Shown here: positions 1-9,364 of the stretch, piece after piece
Layout: each line of letters starts with the position of its first letter
How positions within the stretch are numbered: position 1 is the first letter of the stretch
Assembly: GCA_963695095.1 (NCBI GenBank)
Contig: CAVOFT010000001.1
Span: forward strand, 2,208,001 to 2,272,000
Source: an uncultured bacterium
GTDB lineage: Bacteria; Krumholzibacteriota; Krumholzibacteriia; JACNKJ01
DNA: 64,000 nucleotides
Reading direction: 5' to 3'
Notes under the pieces: model-generated
Seen by the model: the letters and a program-made list of their open reading frames with translations, nothing else
Told to the model about the DNA's origin: nothing
Database searches by the model: none
Position numbers and translations under genes: made by a program

Positions 1-253
1 GTGTCCACGGACACCGCCTGCGTTCCGATCGCACCGGCCAAGGGCCCAGGAGGGCGTCGCCGCCAGCGGCCGGCCTTGCTCAGGAGGAGGGAATGCAAGA
101 TCCGTTCTCGCAAGGGCCCGAGCGCGCACGCGATGTCGCGTTGGGCGGACGCGCTGCAAGTCGGCGCAGATCTTGCAAATCCGAAGCCGCGCCTGCCTGC
201 GCGGGATGGCCGAGGCACGCAAGCCCCACCCTGGCAACGAGGTATTGAGGCCG

Positions 254-700
254 ATGGCGGAGACCCGGAAAGTCGTGGCGGAAATGTTCTCCCGGTTCTT
301 GAACATCGAACTGGGCGAGGAATCCGCCGAGCGCCTGGTCGCCCTCGTCGACAAGGTCGAGAGCAGCATCGACGGCGATCTCGACCTGAGCACCGTCCAG
401 GGCCGCAACACCCTCAAGGTGCTTCTGGGCACCTTGCTCGCCTACGGCTGGGGCATCGGCATGCACCCCTACCACAATCCCGATCAGGACCTGGACGGCC
501 GCCTGCTCGAGGTGCGGGCGAGCAAGGACATCCTCGTCACGCTCAAGGACCTCAAGGCCCTGCGCTACCTGAAGAAGGATCAGTACGGCCGGGTGAAGAA
601 GGCCCTCTTCGAGCCGGATCAGAACGCCCGCGTGCGCAGCCAGATCGACGGCCTGCTGGGCGACATCCACTCGAGCAAGTGGCAGGAAGAGGAGTTCTAG
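254..700 (+). CDS. Hypothetical protein (~148 aa)
   Basis: ATG at 254 follows GAGG; protein-like composition and GC3-biased codons; convergent with the next gene, the two stop codons sharing CTAG at 697-700. Confidence 0.75.
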   Translation: MAETRKVVAEMFSRFLNIELGEESAERLVALVDKVESSIDGDLDLSTVQGRNTLKVLLGTLLAYGWGIGMHPYHNPDQDLDGRLLEVRASKDILVTLKDLKALRYLKKDQYGRVKKALFEPDQNARVRSQIDGLLGDIHSSKWQEEEF

Positions 701-1551
701 TCCGCGTCGCGCCGCAGGGTGAGCAGGACGACGCGACCACCTTCCCGATAGTCGACCCGATCCACCAGCTCGCGCATCAGGAGCACGCCGCGGCCGCCGC
801 CCTGACGCAGGCCGGCAGCGCTGAAGGGATCGGCCACCTGCTGCGGATCGAAGCCGGCGCCGGGATCCTCGATGCGCACGCGCAGGCGCCGAGGGCCGAA
901 ACGGGCGACAACGCGCACTTCCTTGCCGGGATCCAGGGCGCAGCCGTGGCGGATGGCGTTGACGAGCGCCTCGTCCAGCGCCAGGGGCAGGGCCTCGGCC
1001 CAGACGCGGGGAGGGAAGCCGTGTTCGCGGGCGAGCCGGCACAGGAAGGCGGCCGCCGGGGCGACAAGGCGCAGTTCGGCCGGCAGGCGGAAGGCGACCC
1101 GGCTGCGGACCCGGCGTTCGAAGTCGGGCAACCGGCGATTCAGGGGCAGCCTGCGTTCGGACTCGGCGAAGAGCAGCTCCAGGTCCAACCCGGTGAAGGG
1201 CGGACCCAGAACCTCGTGCGCGCCCCGGCTCAGGAGACGGCGCCAGCAGCGCTCGTCGCAGGCGGGCAGCAGGATCACGAGCCGAGCACCCGCGGCGGTC
1301 AGGGCAGCCAGATCGCCGGCCGGCGGCAAGGACTCCTCCCCGTCGGCAGCGAGCAGGACGCCGAAGGGAGCCGCCGGCAAGCACTCGCTCCACTGCTCGG
1401 AAGCGGGCAGCGGCTGGAGGCGAGCGCGGGGCGGCCCGATCTCCGCCATCGCCTGGGCAGCCAGGACCGGGTCCCAGGCCCAGAGGAAGAGCGGGAAGCC
1501 AGGCGGAGCCGTGGCCTCAGAAGAGTGGCTGGCCGTCGGCGACGATCTCAT
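697..1551 (-). CDS. RsbW/SpoIIAB-like anti-sigma factor Ser kinase (HATPase_c_2) with degenerate N-terminal receiver-like domain
   Basis: N-box LALDEALVNAIRHG, G1 DPGAGFDP, G2 GGRGVLLMRELVD; N-terminal GAHEVLGPPF resembles receiver GAxDYLxKPF. Start uncertain (1551-1611). Confidence 0.8.
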   Translation of the reverse strand: MRSSPTASHSSEATAPPGFPLFLWAWDPVLAAQAMAEIGPPRARLQPLPASEQWSECLPAAPFGVLLAADGEESLPPAGDLAALTAAGARLVILLPACDERCWRRLLSRGAHEVLGPPFTGLDLELLFAESERRLPLNRRLPDFERRVRSRVAFRLPAELRLVAPAAAFLCRLAREHGFPPRVWAEALPLALDEALVNAIRHGCALDPGKEVRVVARFGPRRLRVRIEDPGAGFDPQQVADPFSAAGLRQGGGRGVLLMRELVDRVDYREGGRVVLLTLRRDAD

Positions 1552-2041
1552 TGAACGCATCTCTGAAATGGGATGAGCTTCGGGCGACATCCTCGCCCAC
1601 TTTATCGACATAGAGACGCCAAGCCATGCTCAGCTCGGCTCGGAATTCCTGGAGCAGGCGCCCCTCGGCCAGCGCGCGATCGCGGCGCTCGCGCCGCCCG
1701 GGGCCCTGCAGGACGCTCTCGGCCAGCGCCCTTGCGAAGCGCTTCGCGCGCCGCGCCTCCTGGGGACTCGACGCCTCGCCGCTTGCGCCCCGCGTCGGAA
1801 TCGCCGCGGGCGGAGAAGGTGCCTCTCCCGGCGGGGGCGTGGCCGCCGGCGGTAGCACCGTCTCGCCCTGGGCAGCAATTGCCGCCTCCGGGGCCGCCGC
1901 GGCGCCACCGGGCCGCCAGCGCAGGTGATAGCCGCGCTGACAGCTCGGGCAGCGAACGTGCAATTCGCCTTTTTCCATCAGGATAGGAGGAAGCTCGTAA
2001 GTACTTCCACATCCTGGACAGCGAAAGGTCTGAGCCCCCAT
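1517..2041 (-). CDS. Zinc-ribbon (MJ0042-type CxxC...CxxC) protein with Pro/Ala linker and C-terminal RomX-like helical domain
   Basis: CPGC...VRCPSC motif; C-terminal AKRFARALAE...ELSMAWRLYVDKV...HFRDAFNEIV; AGGA upstream of ATG 2041. Confidence 0.75.
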   Translation of the reverse strand: MGAQTFRCPGCGSTYELPPILMEKGELHVRCPSCQRGYHLRWRPGGAAAAPEAAIAAQGETVLPPAATPPPGEAPSPPAAIPTRGASGEASSPQEARRAKRFARALAESVLQGPGRRERRDRALAEGRLLQEFRAELSMAWRLYVDKVGEDVARSSSHFRDAFNEIVADGQPLF

Positions 2042-2106
2042 GCAGCAACCGTCCTGAGCCCCGAAGGCTCCAGGGGTGACAGCAATCGGCATGCCTGCCA
2101 GGAGTA

Positions 2107-4209
2107 TCAGCCCACCCCGGCCAGGACCAGGCGCTCCTTGTAGACCCGCTGCAGCAGCTCGCGCAGGGGACGCAGATCGGCCGCGGCCAGCTCGGAATCG
2201 CGCTCGGCGAGCTGGGCCGCTCGCTCCCGGGCCAGGGCCACCAGGCGGGCGTCGGCCAGGGGATGGGCCAGGCTCAGCTCGGGCCGACCGTGCTGGCGCG
2301 AGCCGAAGAGCTCGCCCGGCCCGCGCAGGCGGAGATCCTCCTCGGCCAGCCGGAAGCCGTCGCGATGGCGCACGAAGATCTCCAGGCGCGCCCGGCTGGC
2401 GCCGCCGAGTCCGGCCGGAGCCACGAGGATGCAGTAGCTCTTGCGCCGGCCGCGGCCGATGCGGCCGCGCAGCTGGTGGAGCTGGCTGAGCCCATAGCGC
2501 TCGGGGTTGTGGATCAGCATCAGCGTGGCCTCGGCGACATCGATGCCGACCTCGACCACCGTGGTGGCCACGAGCACCGGCTTCTCGCCGCTGCGAAAGG
2601 CCGCCAGCGCTTCGTCCTTGCGCTGCGCGCTGAGGCGGCCGTGGATGAGCCCGCAGCCGATCCCCGCCAGCGGGCCCGCCACCAGGGCCGCATAGGCCTC
2701 CGTCGCGGCCGCCAGCTCGGCCTGATCCCCCTCCTCGACGAGGGGATAGATGAGAAAGGCCCGCTCGCCGGCGAGCACGCGCTCGCGCAGGAAGGCGAGA
2801 ATGCGCGGGAGCTGCTCCTCGCCGGCGAGGCGCGTCACCACGGGCGGCCGGTCGGGCGGCAGGGCATCGATGCTGCTGAGCTCGAGGTCGCCGTAGACCG
2901 TCATCGCGAGCGAGCGCGGAATCGGCGTCGCACTCATGACGAGCACATGGGGCGCGCCCCGCTCGCGCAGGCCCGCCCGCTGGAGGACGCCGAAGCGGTG
3001 CTGCTCGTCGACCACGGCCAGGCCCAGGCGCGCGAAGTGCACGCCCTCCTGGATGAGGGCCTGGGTGCCGATGGCGAGATCCAGGCTGCCGTCCGCCAGG
3101 CCCGCGATCACGGCGCGCCGCTCCTTCGCCGGTTGGCTGCCGCCGCCCAGGAGGAGGCCCACGCGCAGGCCGCGTGCTGCCAGTGGCGGCGCCCAGTTCG
3201 CATGGTGCTGGCGGGCCAGAGCCTCCAGCGGCACCATGAAGGCGCCCTGCAAGCCGCCCTCGACGGCGAGCAGCAAGGCGGCCAGGGCCACCACCGTCTT
3301 GCCGCAGCCGACATCGCCCTGGAGCAGGCGGTTCATCCGCCCGCCGCTGGCCAGGTCCGCGCGAATCTCCGCCAGCGCCCGCTCCTGGGCCGCCGTCAGC
3401 CGATAGGGCAGCTCGGCCAGGAAGGGCGCGAGCAGGCGCTGATCGGCCGCGAGCACCGGCCCCGCCTCGCGGCTGCGGTGCCGGCGGCGCAGCGCCGCCA
3501 GGAGCTGCAGGAGGAAGAGCTCCTCGAACTTGAGCCGCTCGCGAGCCGCCTCGAGCTCGGCCTGATCGGCGGGGAAGTGGATGCTGCGCAGGGCCTGGGC
3601 GCGGAGGGGCCAGCCCTCCGCGGCCAGCCAGGCGGCCGGCAGGATCTCCGGCAGGGCGGCGGCCAGGCCCGGCTCCGCGAGCAGGCCATCGAGGAGGCGG
3701 CGCAGCCAGCGCTGGCCCAGACCCCGCGTGAGGGGATACAGGGGCAGGATGCGCCGCGCCAGGAGGCGCGGCTCCTCGGCCTCGCCGAGGATCTCCAGTT
3801 CGGGCGACTGCATCTGCAGCTGGTCGCGATAGCGGGTCAGCTCGCCGCTGGCGAGCACCTGGACGCCGGTTGCCAGCTGCTGCCGCAAGTAGGGCTGATT
3901 GAAGAAGACGAGCTGCAGGCGGCCCTCCTCGTCGTCGATGAGCACGGTCAGGATGCTCAGGCCCTGGCGGGGGCGGCGCTCGGCGCTGGCCAGGACCTGC
4001 CCGCTCACGGTGGCTCGCTGGCCGGGCACGAGGCCCGCGAGCGGCACGCGATCCCCCAGATCCAGGTAGCCGCGGGGGAAGTGCAGGAGCAGATCCTCGA
4101 CCGTCGCGATGCCCAGGCGCGCCAGATCGCCGGCCCGCCTGGGCCCGACGCCCTTCAGGTACTGGACCGGCCGCTGGAGGCCCTGATCGCGCGAGTTGTC
4201 GGCGTGCAT
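2107..4209 (-). CDS. recG: ATP-dependent DNA helicase RecG
   Basis: LKGVGP and HFPRGY N-terminus; RLLQGDVGCGKT (motif I); DEQHRFGV; MSATPIPRSL; QLHQLRGRIGRG; DLRLRGPGELFG. Start 4209 or 4245. Confidence 0.97.
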   Translation of the reverse strand: MHADNSRDQGLQRPVQYLKGVGPRRAGDLARLGIATVEDLLLHFPRGYLDLGDRVPLAGLVPGQRATVSGQVLASAERRPRQGLSILTVLIDDEEGRLQLVFFNQPYLRQQLATGVQVLASGELTRYRDQLQMQSPELEILGEAEEPRLLARRILPLYPLTRGLGQRWLRRLLDGLLAEPGLAAALPEILPAAWLAAEGWPLRAQALRSIHFPADQAELEAARERLKFEELFLLQLLAALRRRHRSREAGPVLAADQRLLAPFLAELPYRLTAAQERALAEIRADLASGGRMNRLLQGDVGCGKTVVALAALLLAVEGGLQGAFMVPLEALARQHHANWAPPLAARGLRVGLLLGGGSQPAKERRAVIAGLADGSLDLAIGTQALIQEGVHFARLGLAVVDEQHRFGVLQRAGLRERGAPHVLVMSATPIPRSLAMTVYGDLELSSIDALPPDRPPVVTRLAGEEQLPRILAFLRERVLAGERAFLIYPLVEEGDQAELAAATEAYAALVAGPLAGIGCGLIHGRLSAQRKDEALAAFRSGEKPVLVATTVVEVGIDVAEATLMLIHNPERYGLSQLHQLRGRIGRGRRKSYCILVAPAGLGGASRARLEIFVRHRDGFRLAEEDLRLRGPGELFGSRQHGRPELSLAHPLADARLVALARERAAQLAERDSELAAADLRPLRELLQRVYKERLVLAGVG

Positions 4210-4290
4210 GAGCCGCAGGGTAGAGGCTGGCCGGGCCGCTGACAAGCGCGGGCTCCCCCGCCGGCCGCTGCCCGGGCGCGATCGGCAGCG

Positions 4291-5976
4291 CTAGGGCGCG
4301 GTGGCCTCACCGGATAGCTCGCCATCCTCGAGAGCGAGGATGGGGAAGTGCTCGCCCAGGAGGTGGCGCAGCTCGAGGCGATCCGGGTGATCGGCCACGA
4401 GCGGCGCCAGCAGAGCCCTCGCCTCCTCAGCTCGTCCCTGGTTGCGCAGGGCGAGCGCGAGCGCGAGTTCGGCCTCCAGGTAGCGAGGGGCCAGGGCCAG
4501 CGCCTGGCGATAGTCCGCCTCCGCGCGGGAGTAGTCGGCCCGCTTGAAATGGAGGTCGCCGCGCAGCTTGAGCAGATCGGGGAAATCGGGGTGGGCGGCG
4601 AGGGCCGGGGCCAGCAGGGCTTCGGCCTTGGCGACGCGGCCCAGCCGCAGCTCGCAGCGCAGGCGGCCGCGCAGCGCATACAGACTCGCCGGCGCCAGCT
4701 CGAGGGCCCGGCTGAAGGCGGCCAGGGCGGCCTCCAGATCCCCCCGCGACAGCAGGGTCTGGCCCAGGAAGGCCTGCAGAGCCGCGTCGCCGGGGTGGCG
4801 CTCCTGCAGGCGCCGGAAGTGCGGGTCCGCGCTCTGCCACTCGCCCCGCTGGGCGTGCAGCAGCGCCAGATCCAGCTCGGCGGCGCCGAGCATGGGGCTC
4901 TTGCTCAGGGCCTCGCGCAGGAGGCGCAGCGCCTCCTCGTCTCGGCCTTCGAGATGCCGCAGCAGGCCGAGCAGGTAGCGCGCCTGGCTGGATTCCCCGC
5001 GGCGCTCGAGCAGCTCCTCCAGCAACAGGGCCGCCTCCTCGTGGCGCCCGAGCTGGAAGCGGGCCTGGGCGAGATAGAGCAGCAAGTCGCTGCCCTCGCC
5101 GCCCAGGCTGCGCGCGTAGGCGAGCGCCTCTTCGGCTTCCAGGGCCCGGCCGGCCTTCAGCAGGGCGAGCCCGAGGAAGTAGGAGGCCTCCATGAAGCGC
5201 GGATTGACGGTCAGCGCGCCGCGCAGGGCAGAGATCGCCTCCTCGGTGCGTCCGCTCTTGAAACGGGCGAGGCCAAGCTGGCACTGGATGTCCGCGTAGT
5301 GCGGCTTCATCGCCGCGGCGCGCTCGAGCAGGTCGGCAGCCAGGGGGTGGTTGCCCAGGTTGAACTGGGCGATGCCCTCGCTGTAGAGCTCGCGGAACTC
5401 GGCGCCGCTCTCCAGCAGCTCCAGCACGGGTCCCACCTCGGGCAGGACCGTCTCGCGTTCCTTCAGGTGCACGAGCAGGAAGCGGTTGACCTGGATGGGG
5501 ATCTCCGACTGCAGGGTGGCCGCCTGCCGCAGCTCGCGCCGGGCGCCCTCGCCGTCGCCGCCGGCCTCCAGGGCGACGGCCAGGAAGCAGCGCGCTTCGA
5601 TGTAGTCGGGATTGATCGCCAGTGCCCGTTCGAAGCAGAGCAGCGCCGCCTCGCGCTGGTCGCCCATGAACAGGGCTACGCCCAGGCAGTACTGGATGTC
5701 GGGAAAGCTGGGGGTCTCCTGCAGGGCCCGCTCCAGATGGGCGCGAGCCTCTTCGTAGCGCTCGGCCTTGAGCAGGGTGCGACCGATGTTCGCATGGGCT
5801 TCGGCCGCATAGAAGATGCCGAGCCGGTAGGTGGTGCTGCTCTTGGCGGCGCCGGCCACAGCCGCCTCGAAGCGGGCGATGGCCTCCTCGAAGCGGCCCT
5901 CGTTGTACAGGGCGATCCCGGCGCTGTAGTCCTCGTCGCGACGGCCGCCGAATAGACGCCTCAGCAGCGAGGGCAT
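4291..5976 (-). CDS. Multi-TPR protein (561 aa)
   Basis: Repeated TPR consensus throughout (e.g. FERALAINPDYIEARCFLA, ALTVNPRFMEASYFLG); starts 10 nt after the ftsZ stop. Confidence 0.9.
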   Translation of the reverse strand: MPSLLRRLFGGRRDEDYSAGIALYNEGRFEEAIARFEAAVAGAAKSSTTYRLGIFYAAEAHANIGRTLLKAERYEEARAHLERALQETPSFPDIQYCLGVALFMGDQREAALLCFERALAINPDYIEARCFLAVALEAGGDGEGARRELRQAATLQSEIPIQVNRFLLVHLKERETVLPEVGPVLELLESGAEFRELYSEGIAQFNLGNHPLAADLLERAAAMKPHYADIQCQLGLARFKSGRTEEAISALRGALTVNPRFMEASYFLGLALLKAGRALEAEEALAYARSLGGEGSDLLLYLAQARFQLGRHEEAALLLEELLERRGESSQARYLLGLLRHLEGRDEEALRLLREALSKSPMLGAAELDLALLHAQRGEWQSADPHFRRLQERHPGDAALQAFLGQTLLSRGDLEAALAAFSRALELAPASLYALRGRLRCELRLGRVAKAEALLAPALAAHPDFPDLLKLRGDLHFKRADYSRAEADYRQALALAPRYLEAELALALALRNQGRAEEARALLAPLVADHPDRLELRHLLGEHFPILALEDGELSGEATAP

Positions 5977-5985
5977 GGGTGCCCC

Positions 5986-7302
5986 CTAGTCGTTTTGCTT
6001 CCGAAGAAAGGTCGGCACTTCCAAGTCCTCAAGGGCCACCCCCATCAGATCCTGCCGGGCCTCTTCACGCATGGCCGCCACTTCGCGGCTCAACTCGCGC
6101 TCAACTTCGCTGCCACCGGGGAACTCCGCCGCCGGCTCCGCCTCGGCCAGCGACTCCCGCTCACCTGGCGCAAACGCGCCTGAGGGCGATCCCTCCGGCA
6201 CGATCTCGATGATGCGCGAGCCCGCCCCGGCGCCCGCCGCCGCGGCCAGCGCGCGCGGTGCCCGGCTGGCGGCTACCGCCGCCGCCGCGGCCGCCGCGGC
6301 ATCCCGCCTCGCCTCCGAAATCCGCTTTTCGCCGAAGCCCGTGGCGATCACGGTGATGCGCAGTTCATCCGTCAACGCGGGATCCAGCACGGTGCCGAAG
6401 ATGATGTTGGCGCTGTCGCCCACGCTCTCGGTGATGAGGTCGGTGGCCGTGGTCACTTCGCGCAGGGTCAGCGAATCGCTGCCCGTGATGTTGATCAGCA
6501 CGCCCTGGGCGCCGGCGATGTCCTGCTCCTGAAGCAAGGGACAGCTGATGGCGGCCCGGGCGGCCAGCTCGGCGCGATTCTCGCCGCGCGCGCTGCCCGT
6601 GCCCATCAGGGCCGGCCCCATGCCGGCCATGATGCTCTTCACATCGGCGAAGTCGAGGTTGATGAGGCCGGTCACCGTGATCAGGTCGCTGATGCCCCGC
6701 GTGGCCTGCAGCAGCACGTCGTCGGCGATGCGGAAGGCTTCGGCGAAGGGGGTGTCCGGATCGACGACCTCGAAGAGGCGCTGATTGGGAATCGTGATCA
6801 GCGTATCCACTTCGGCGCGCAGCGCGGTCATGCCCTCCTCGGCCACGCGCATGCGCTGGCGGCCTTCGAAGCTGAAGGGCTTGGTGACCACGCCCACCGT
6901 GAGGGCCCCGCTGGCGCGGGCCAGGCGGGCCACGGCGGGCGAGGCGCCCGTGCCGGTGCCGCCGCCCATCCCCGCGGTGACGAAGACCATGTCCGCGCCG
7001 CGCAGCATCTCCTCGATGCTCTCGAGGTCCTCCTCGATGGCGGCCTTGCCCACACCCGGATCGCCGCCGGAGCCCAGGCCCTTGGTCAGCTTGCGTCCAA
7101 TCTGGATGCGATGGATCGCCTTGCTGGCGTAGAGCACCTGCGCATCGGTGTTGATATTGATGAAGTCGACGCCGACGAGGCCGGCATCGATCATGCGCGC
7201 GACGGCGTTACCGCCTGCGCCCCCGACGCCGACGACCTTGATCGAGGCGGCGTCGGAGAAGTCCGAGTCGAAGTCGAACTTCACCCTTGGCATATCGGAC
7301 AT
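5986..7302 (-). CDS. ftsZ: Cell division protein FtsZ
   Basis: [14 protein letters not shown], tubulin signature GGGTGTG, INLDFAD, C-terminal core [18 protein letters not shown]. Confidence 0.99.
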   Translation of the reverse strand: MSDMPRVKFDFDSDFSDAASIKVVGVGGAGGNAVARMIDAGLVGVDFININTDAQVLYASKAIHRIQIGRKLTKGLGSGGDPGVGKAAIEEDLESIEEMLRGADMVFVTAGMGGGTGTGASPAVARLARASGALTVGVVTKPFSFEGRQRMRVAEEGMTALRAEVDTLITIPNQRLFEVVDPDTPFAEAFRIADDVLLQATRGISDLITVTGLINLDFADVKSIMAGMGPALMGTGSARGENRAELAARAAISCPLLQEQDIAGAQGVLINITGSDSLTLREVTTATDLITESVGDSANIIFGTVLDPALTDELRITVIATGFGEKRISEARRDAAAAAAAAVAASRAPRALAAAAGAGAGSRIIEIVPEGSPSGAFAPGERESLAEAEPAAEFPGGSEVERELSREVAAMREEARQDLMGVALEDLEVPTFLRKQND

Positions 7303-7355
7303 TTTCTCTCACCTCCGGCGGCAAGCTAGCGCGGGCCTCGCCGAAGCGTCCAGCG

Positions 7356-8585
7356 TTATTTTCCCCGCCGGCCCATGGCCTTGAAGAGACGCTTCAGACC
7401 CCCGCGCGGCGGGGCCTCGCTCTCCTCGGCGCCGACCAGGCGCTCGTAGCCGTAGCGCAACAGACCCACCACCGGCGAGTAGCGCGGATCGGCCAGCTCG
7501 GCAATCAGGCCCTGCTGCTCCAGCGGCGCGCCCAGGCGCACGCTGCGTTCGAAGAGCTGCGCGGCCAGGCTCGTCAGCCCGGGCAGCAGGGCGCCGCCGC
7601 CGCAGAGCACCACGCCGCAGCCGGCGCTGCGCGCGGCCGGCGCGCGCTGCGCCCGGTCCCAGGCCAGCTCGAGCAGCTCGCGCACGCGCGGCTCGACGAT
7701 GGAGCGCAGGGTGCGCGCCGTCAGGGTGCTGTCGGCCTCCGCCCCCACCTGGCGCACGCCGATCTGGGTCTCGGCATCGGCCTCCGTGAAGGGACCCACG
7801 CTGGCGTGGTCCAGCTTCAGGCGCTCGGCATCGGCCAGGCTGAGCCCGAGGCCGATGGACAGGTCACGCGTGACATTGCTGCCGCCCAGGGGCAGCACCT
7901 CGGCGTGGCGGGCCGCGCCGTCGGCGACGACCAGCACCTCGGTGGTGCCGCCGCCGATGTCGATGAGCACCACGCCCTCCTCGCGCTCGGACTCCTGCAG
8001 CGCGGCCATGGCCGCCGCCAGCGGCGAGAAGACCAGCCCCTCCACTGCCAGTCCGGCCTTCTCCACCACCTTGGCCGTGTTCTCGAGCACGCTGCCGTCC
8101 CCCATCAGGAGCAGCACCTCGGCTTGCAGGCGCACGCCGTCCATGCCGACGGGGTCCTTGATGCCGCCGCGATTGTCGAGGATGAAGTCCACCGGCAGCG
8201 TGTGCAGGATGCGGTAGCCGGGCGGCAGCTGCAGGCTGCGCGCGACGCGGATCACCTGCTCGACGTCATCGGCCGTGATCTCCCGCTCGCGGCCCTCCTT
8301 GGCATGCACGCCCTGGCTCGGAATCGCCCGGAAATGCTCGCCGCTCACGTTCGGAAAGACCGCGCGGATGACCAGGCCCGAGGCCCGCTCGGCCTCGGCC
8401 ACGGCCTCACGCACGGCGTCCACGGCGGGTTCGAAGCCGACGACGACGCCCTTGCGAATGCCCTGGCTGGGCACGGTGCCCAGGCCCAGCACGCGCAGGC
8501 CGCCACGGCCATTCAACTCGGCGACGAGGGCCGTCACCCGATGGCTGCCCAGATCCAGTCCGACGACGATGCGTTGTTCGCTCAT
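7356..8585 (-). CDS. ftsA: Cell division protein FtsA
   Basis: VVGLDLGS, GIRKG, DIGGGTT, VLCGGGALL; amphipathic C-terminus GGLKRLFKAM; ATGA overlap with ftsQ. Confidence 0.96.
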   Translation of the reverse strand: MSEQRIVVGLDLGSHRVTALVAELNGRGGLRVLGLGTVPSQGIRKGVVVGFEPAVDAVREAVAEAERASGLVIRAVFPNVSGEHFRAIPSQGVHAKEGREREITADDVEQVIRVARSLQLPPGYRILHTLPVDFILDNRGGIKDPVGMDGVRLQAEVLLLMGDGSVLENTAKVVEKAGLAVEGLVFSPLAAAMAALQESEREEGVVLIDIGGGTTEVLVVADGAARHAEVLPLGGSNVTRDLSIGLGLSLADAERLKLDHASVGPFTEADAETQIGVRQVGAEADSTLTARTLRSIVEPRVRELLELAWDRAQRAPAARSAGCGVVLCGGGALLPGLTSLAAQLFERSVRLGAPLEQQGLIAELADPRYSPVVGLLRYGYERLVGAEESEAPPRGGLKRLFKAMGRRGK

Positions 8586-9364
8586 GGTTTCTCCAGCGTT
8601 CGGCGCTCTCTGGCCACGACCTGGTCCCGGTAGCGCAGATCGAGCTCGCCGGGAAAGGTGTCCGCTGCAATCTCGGCGAAGACATCCCGGTAGCAGCGGG
8701 TCCGGGCGCCGAAGTTCTCCCAGCCCATCCGCACGCGGGTGGGCGAGTCGTTCCGATAATAGACGATCCCCGTGGAATCCGCAGTCATTTCGCTCACCTC
8801 GCGGGCGATGTCGAAGTCCGCCCGGCGCAGCGCGTCCAGGGCCGCCAGCGCCAGGGGCCGCAGGCTGTCCGGCCCCAGTGTCGGCGAGGGGCGGATGATC
8901 GGCAGATCCGGCGCCGCGTCGCCGAAACGCTCCAGGGCCAGCCCGGCAGCGTCGATCTCCACGAAACTGTCCTCGAGCCAGAGGGCGACGCCCGCCGCCT
9001 CGGCAACGCGGCATTCCAGGGTGCCCGGCAGCCGACGGGAGAGGTCGATCCGTCGCACGCGGGGCAGGTCCGCCAGGGCCACCCGCAGCGAATCGATGTC
9101 GATGCCGCCCCGGCCGTAGAGCGGCCGGCCGAGCAAGGGCTCCAGCCGCTCGCGCACGCGCGCGACGGGCAGCACGCGGCAGCCTTCGATGCGCAGCTCG
9201 CGCAGGCGCAGCCAGTCGCTGCCGAGCAGGGCCCTCACCCCGCGCCAGCTGCCATAGCCGGCCAGGGCGATGGCGAAGACGCCGAGGGCGAGCAGCACGC
9301 GCCACCACGGCCCGCGGCGCTTGACGGCCATCGGCCGCCGCCGGCGGGGATCAAGCCTCGCCAT
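8582..9364 (-). CDS. ftsQ: Cell division protein FtsQ/DivIB
   Basis: Basic N-terminus, single TM, POTRA-like region, C-terminal DLRYRDQVV; position before ftsA. Confidence 0.92.
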   Translation of the reverse strand: MARLDPRRRRPMAVKRRGPWWRVLLALGVFAIALAGYGSWRGVRALLGSDWLRLRELRIEGCRVLPVARVRERLEPLLGRPLYGRGGIDIDSLRVALADLPRVRRIDLSRRLPGTLECRVAEAAGVALWLEDSFVEIDAAGLALERFGDAAPDLPIIRPSPTLGPDSLRPLALAALDALRRADFDIAREVSEMTADSTGIVYYRNDSPTRVRMGWENFGARTRCYRDVFAEIAADTFPGELDLRYRDQVVARERRTLEKP

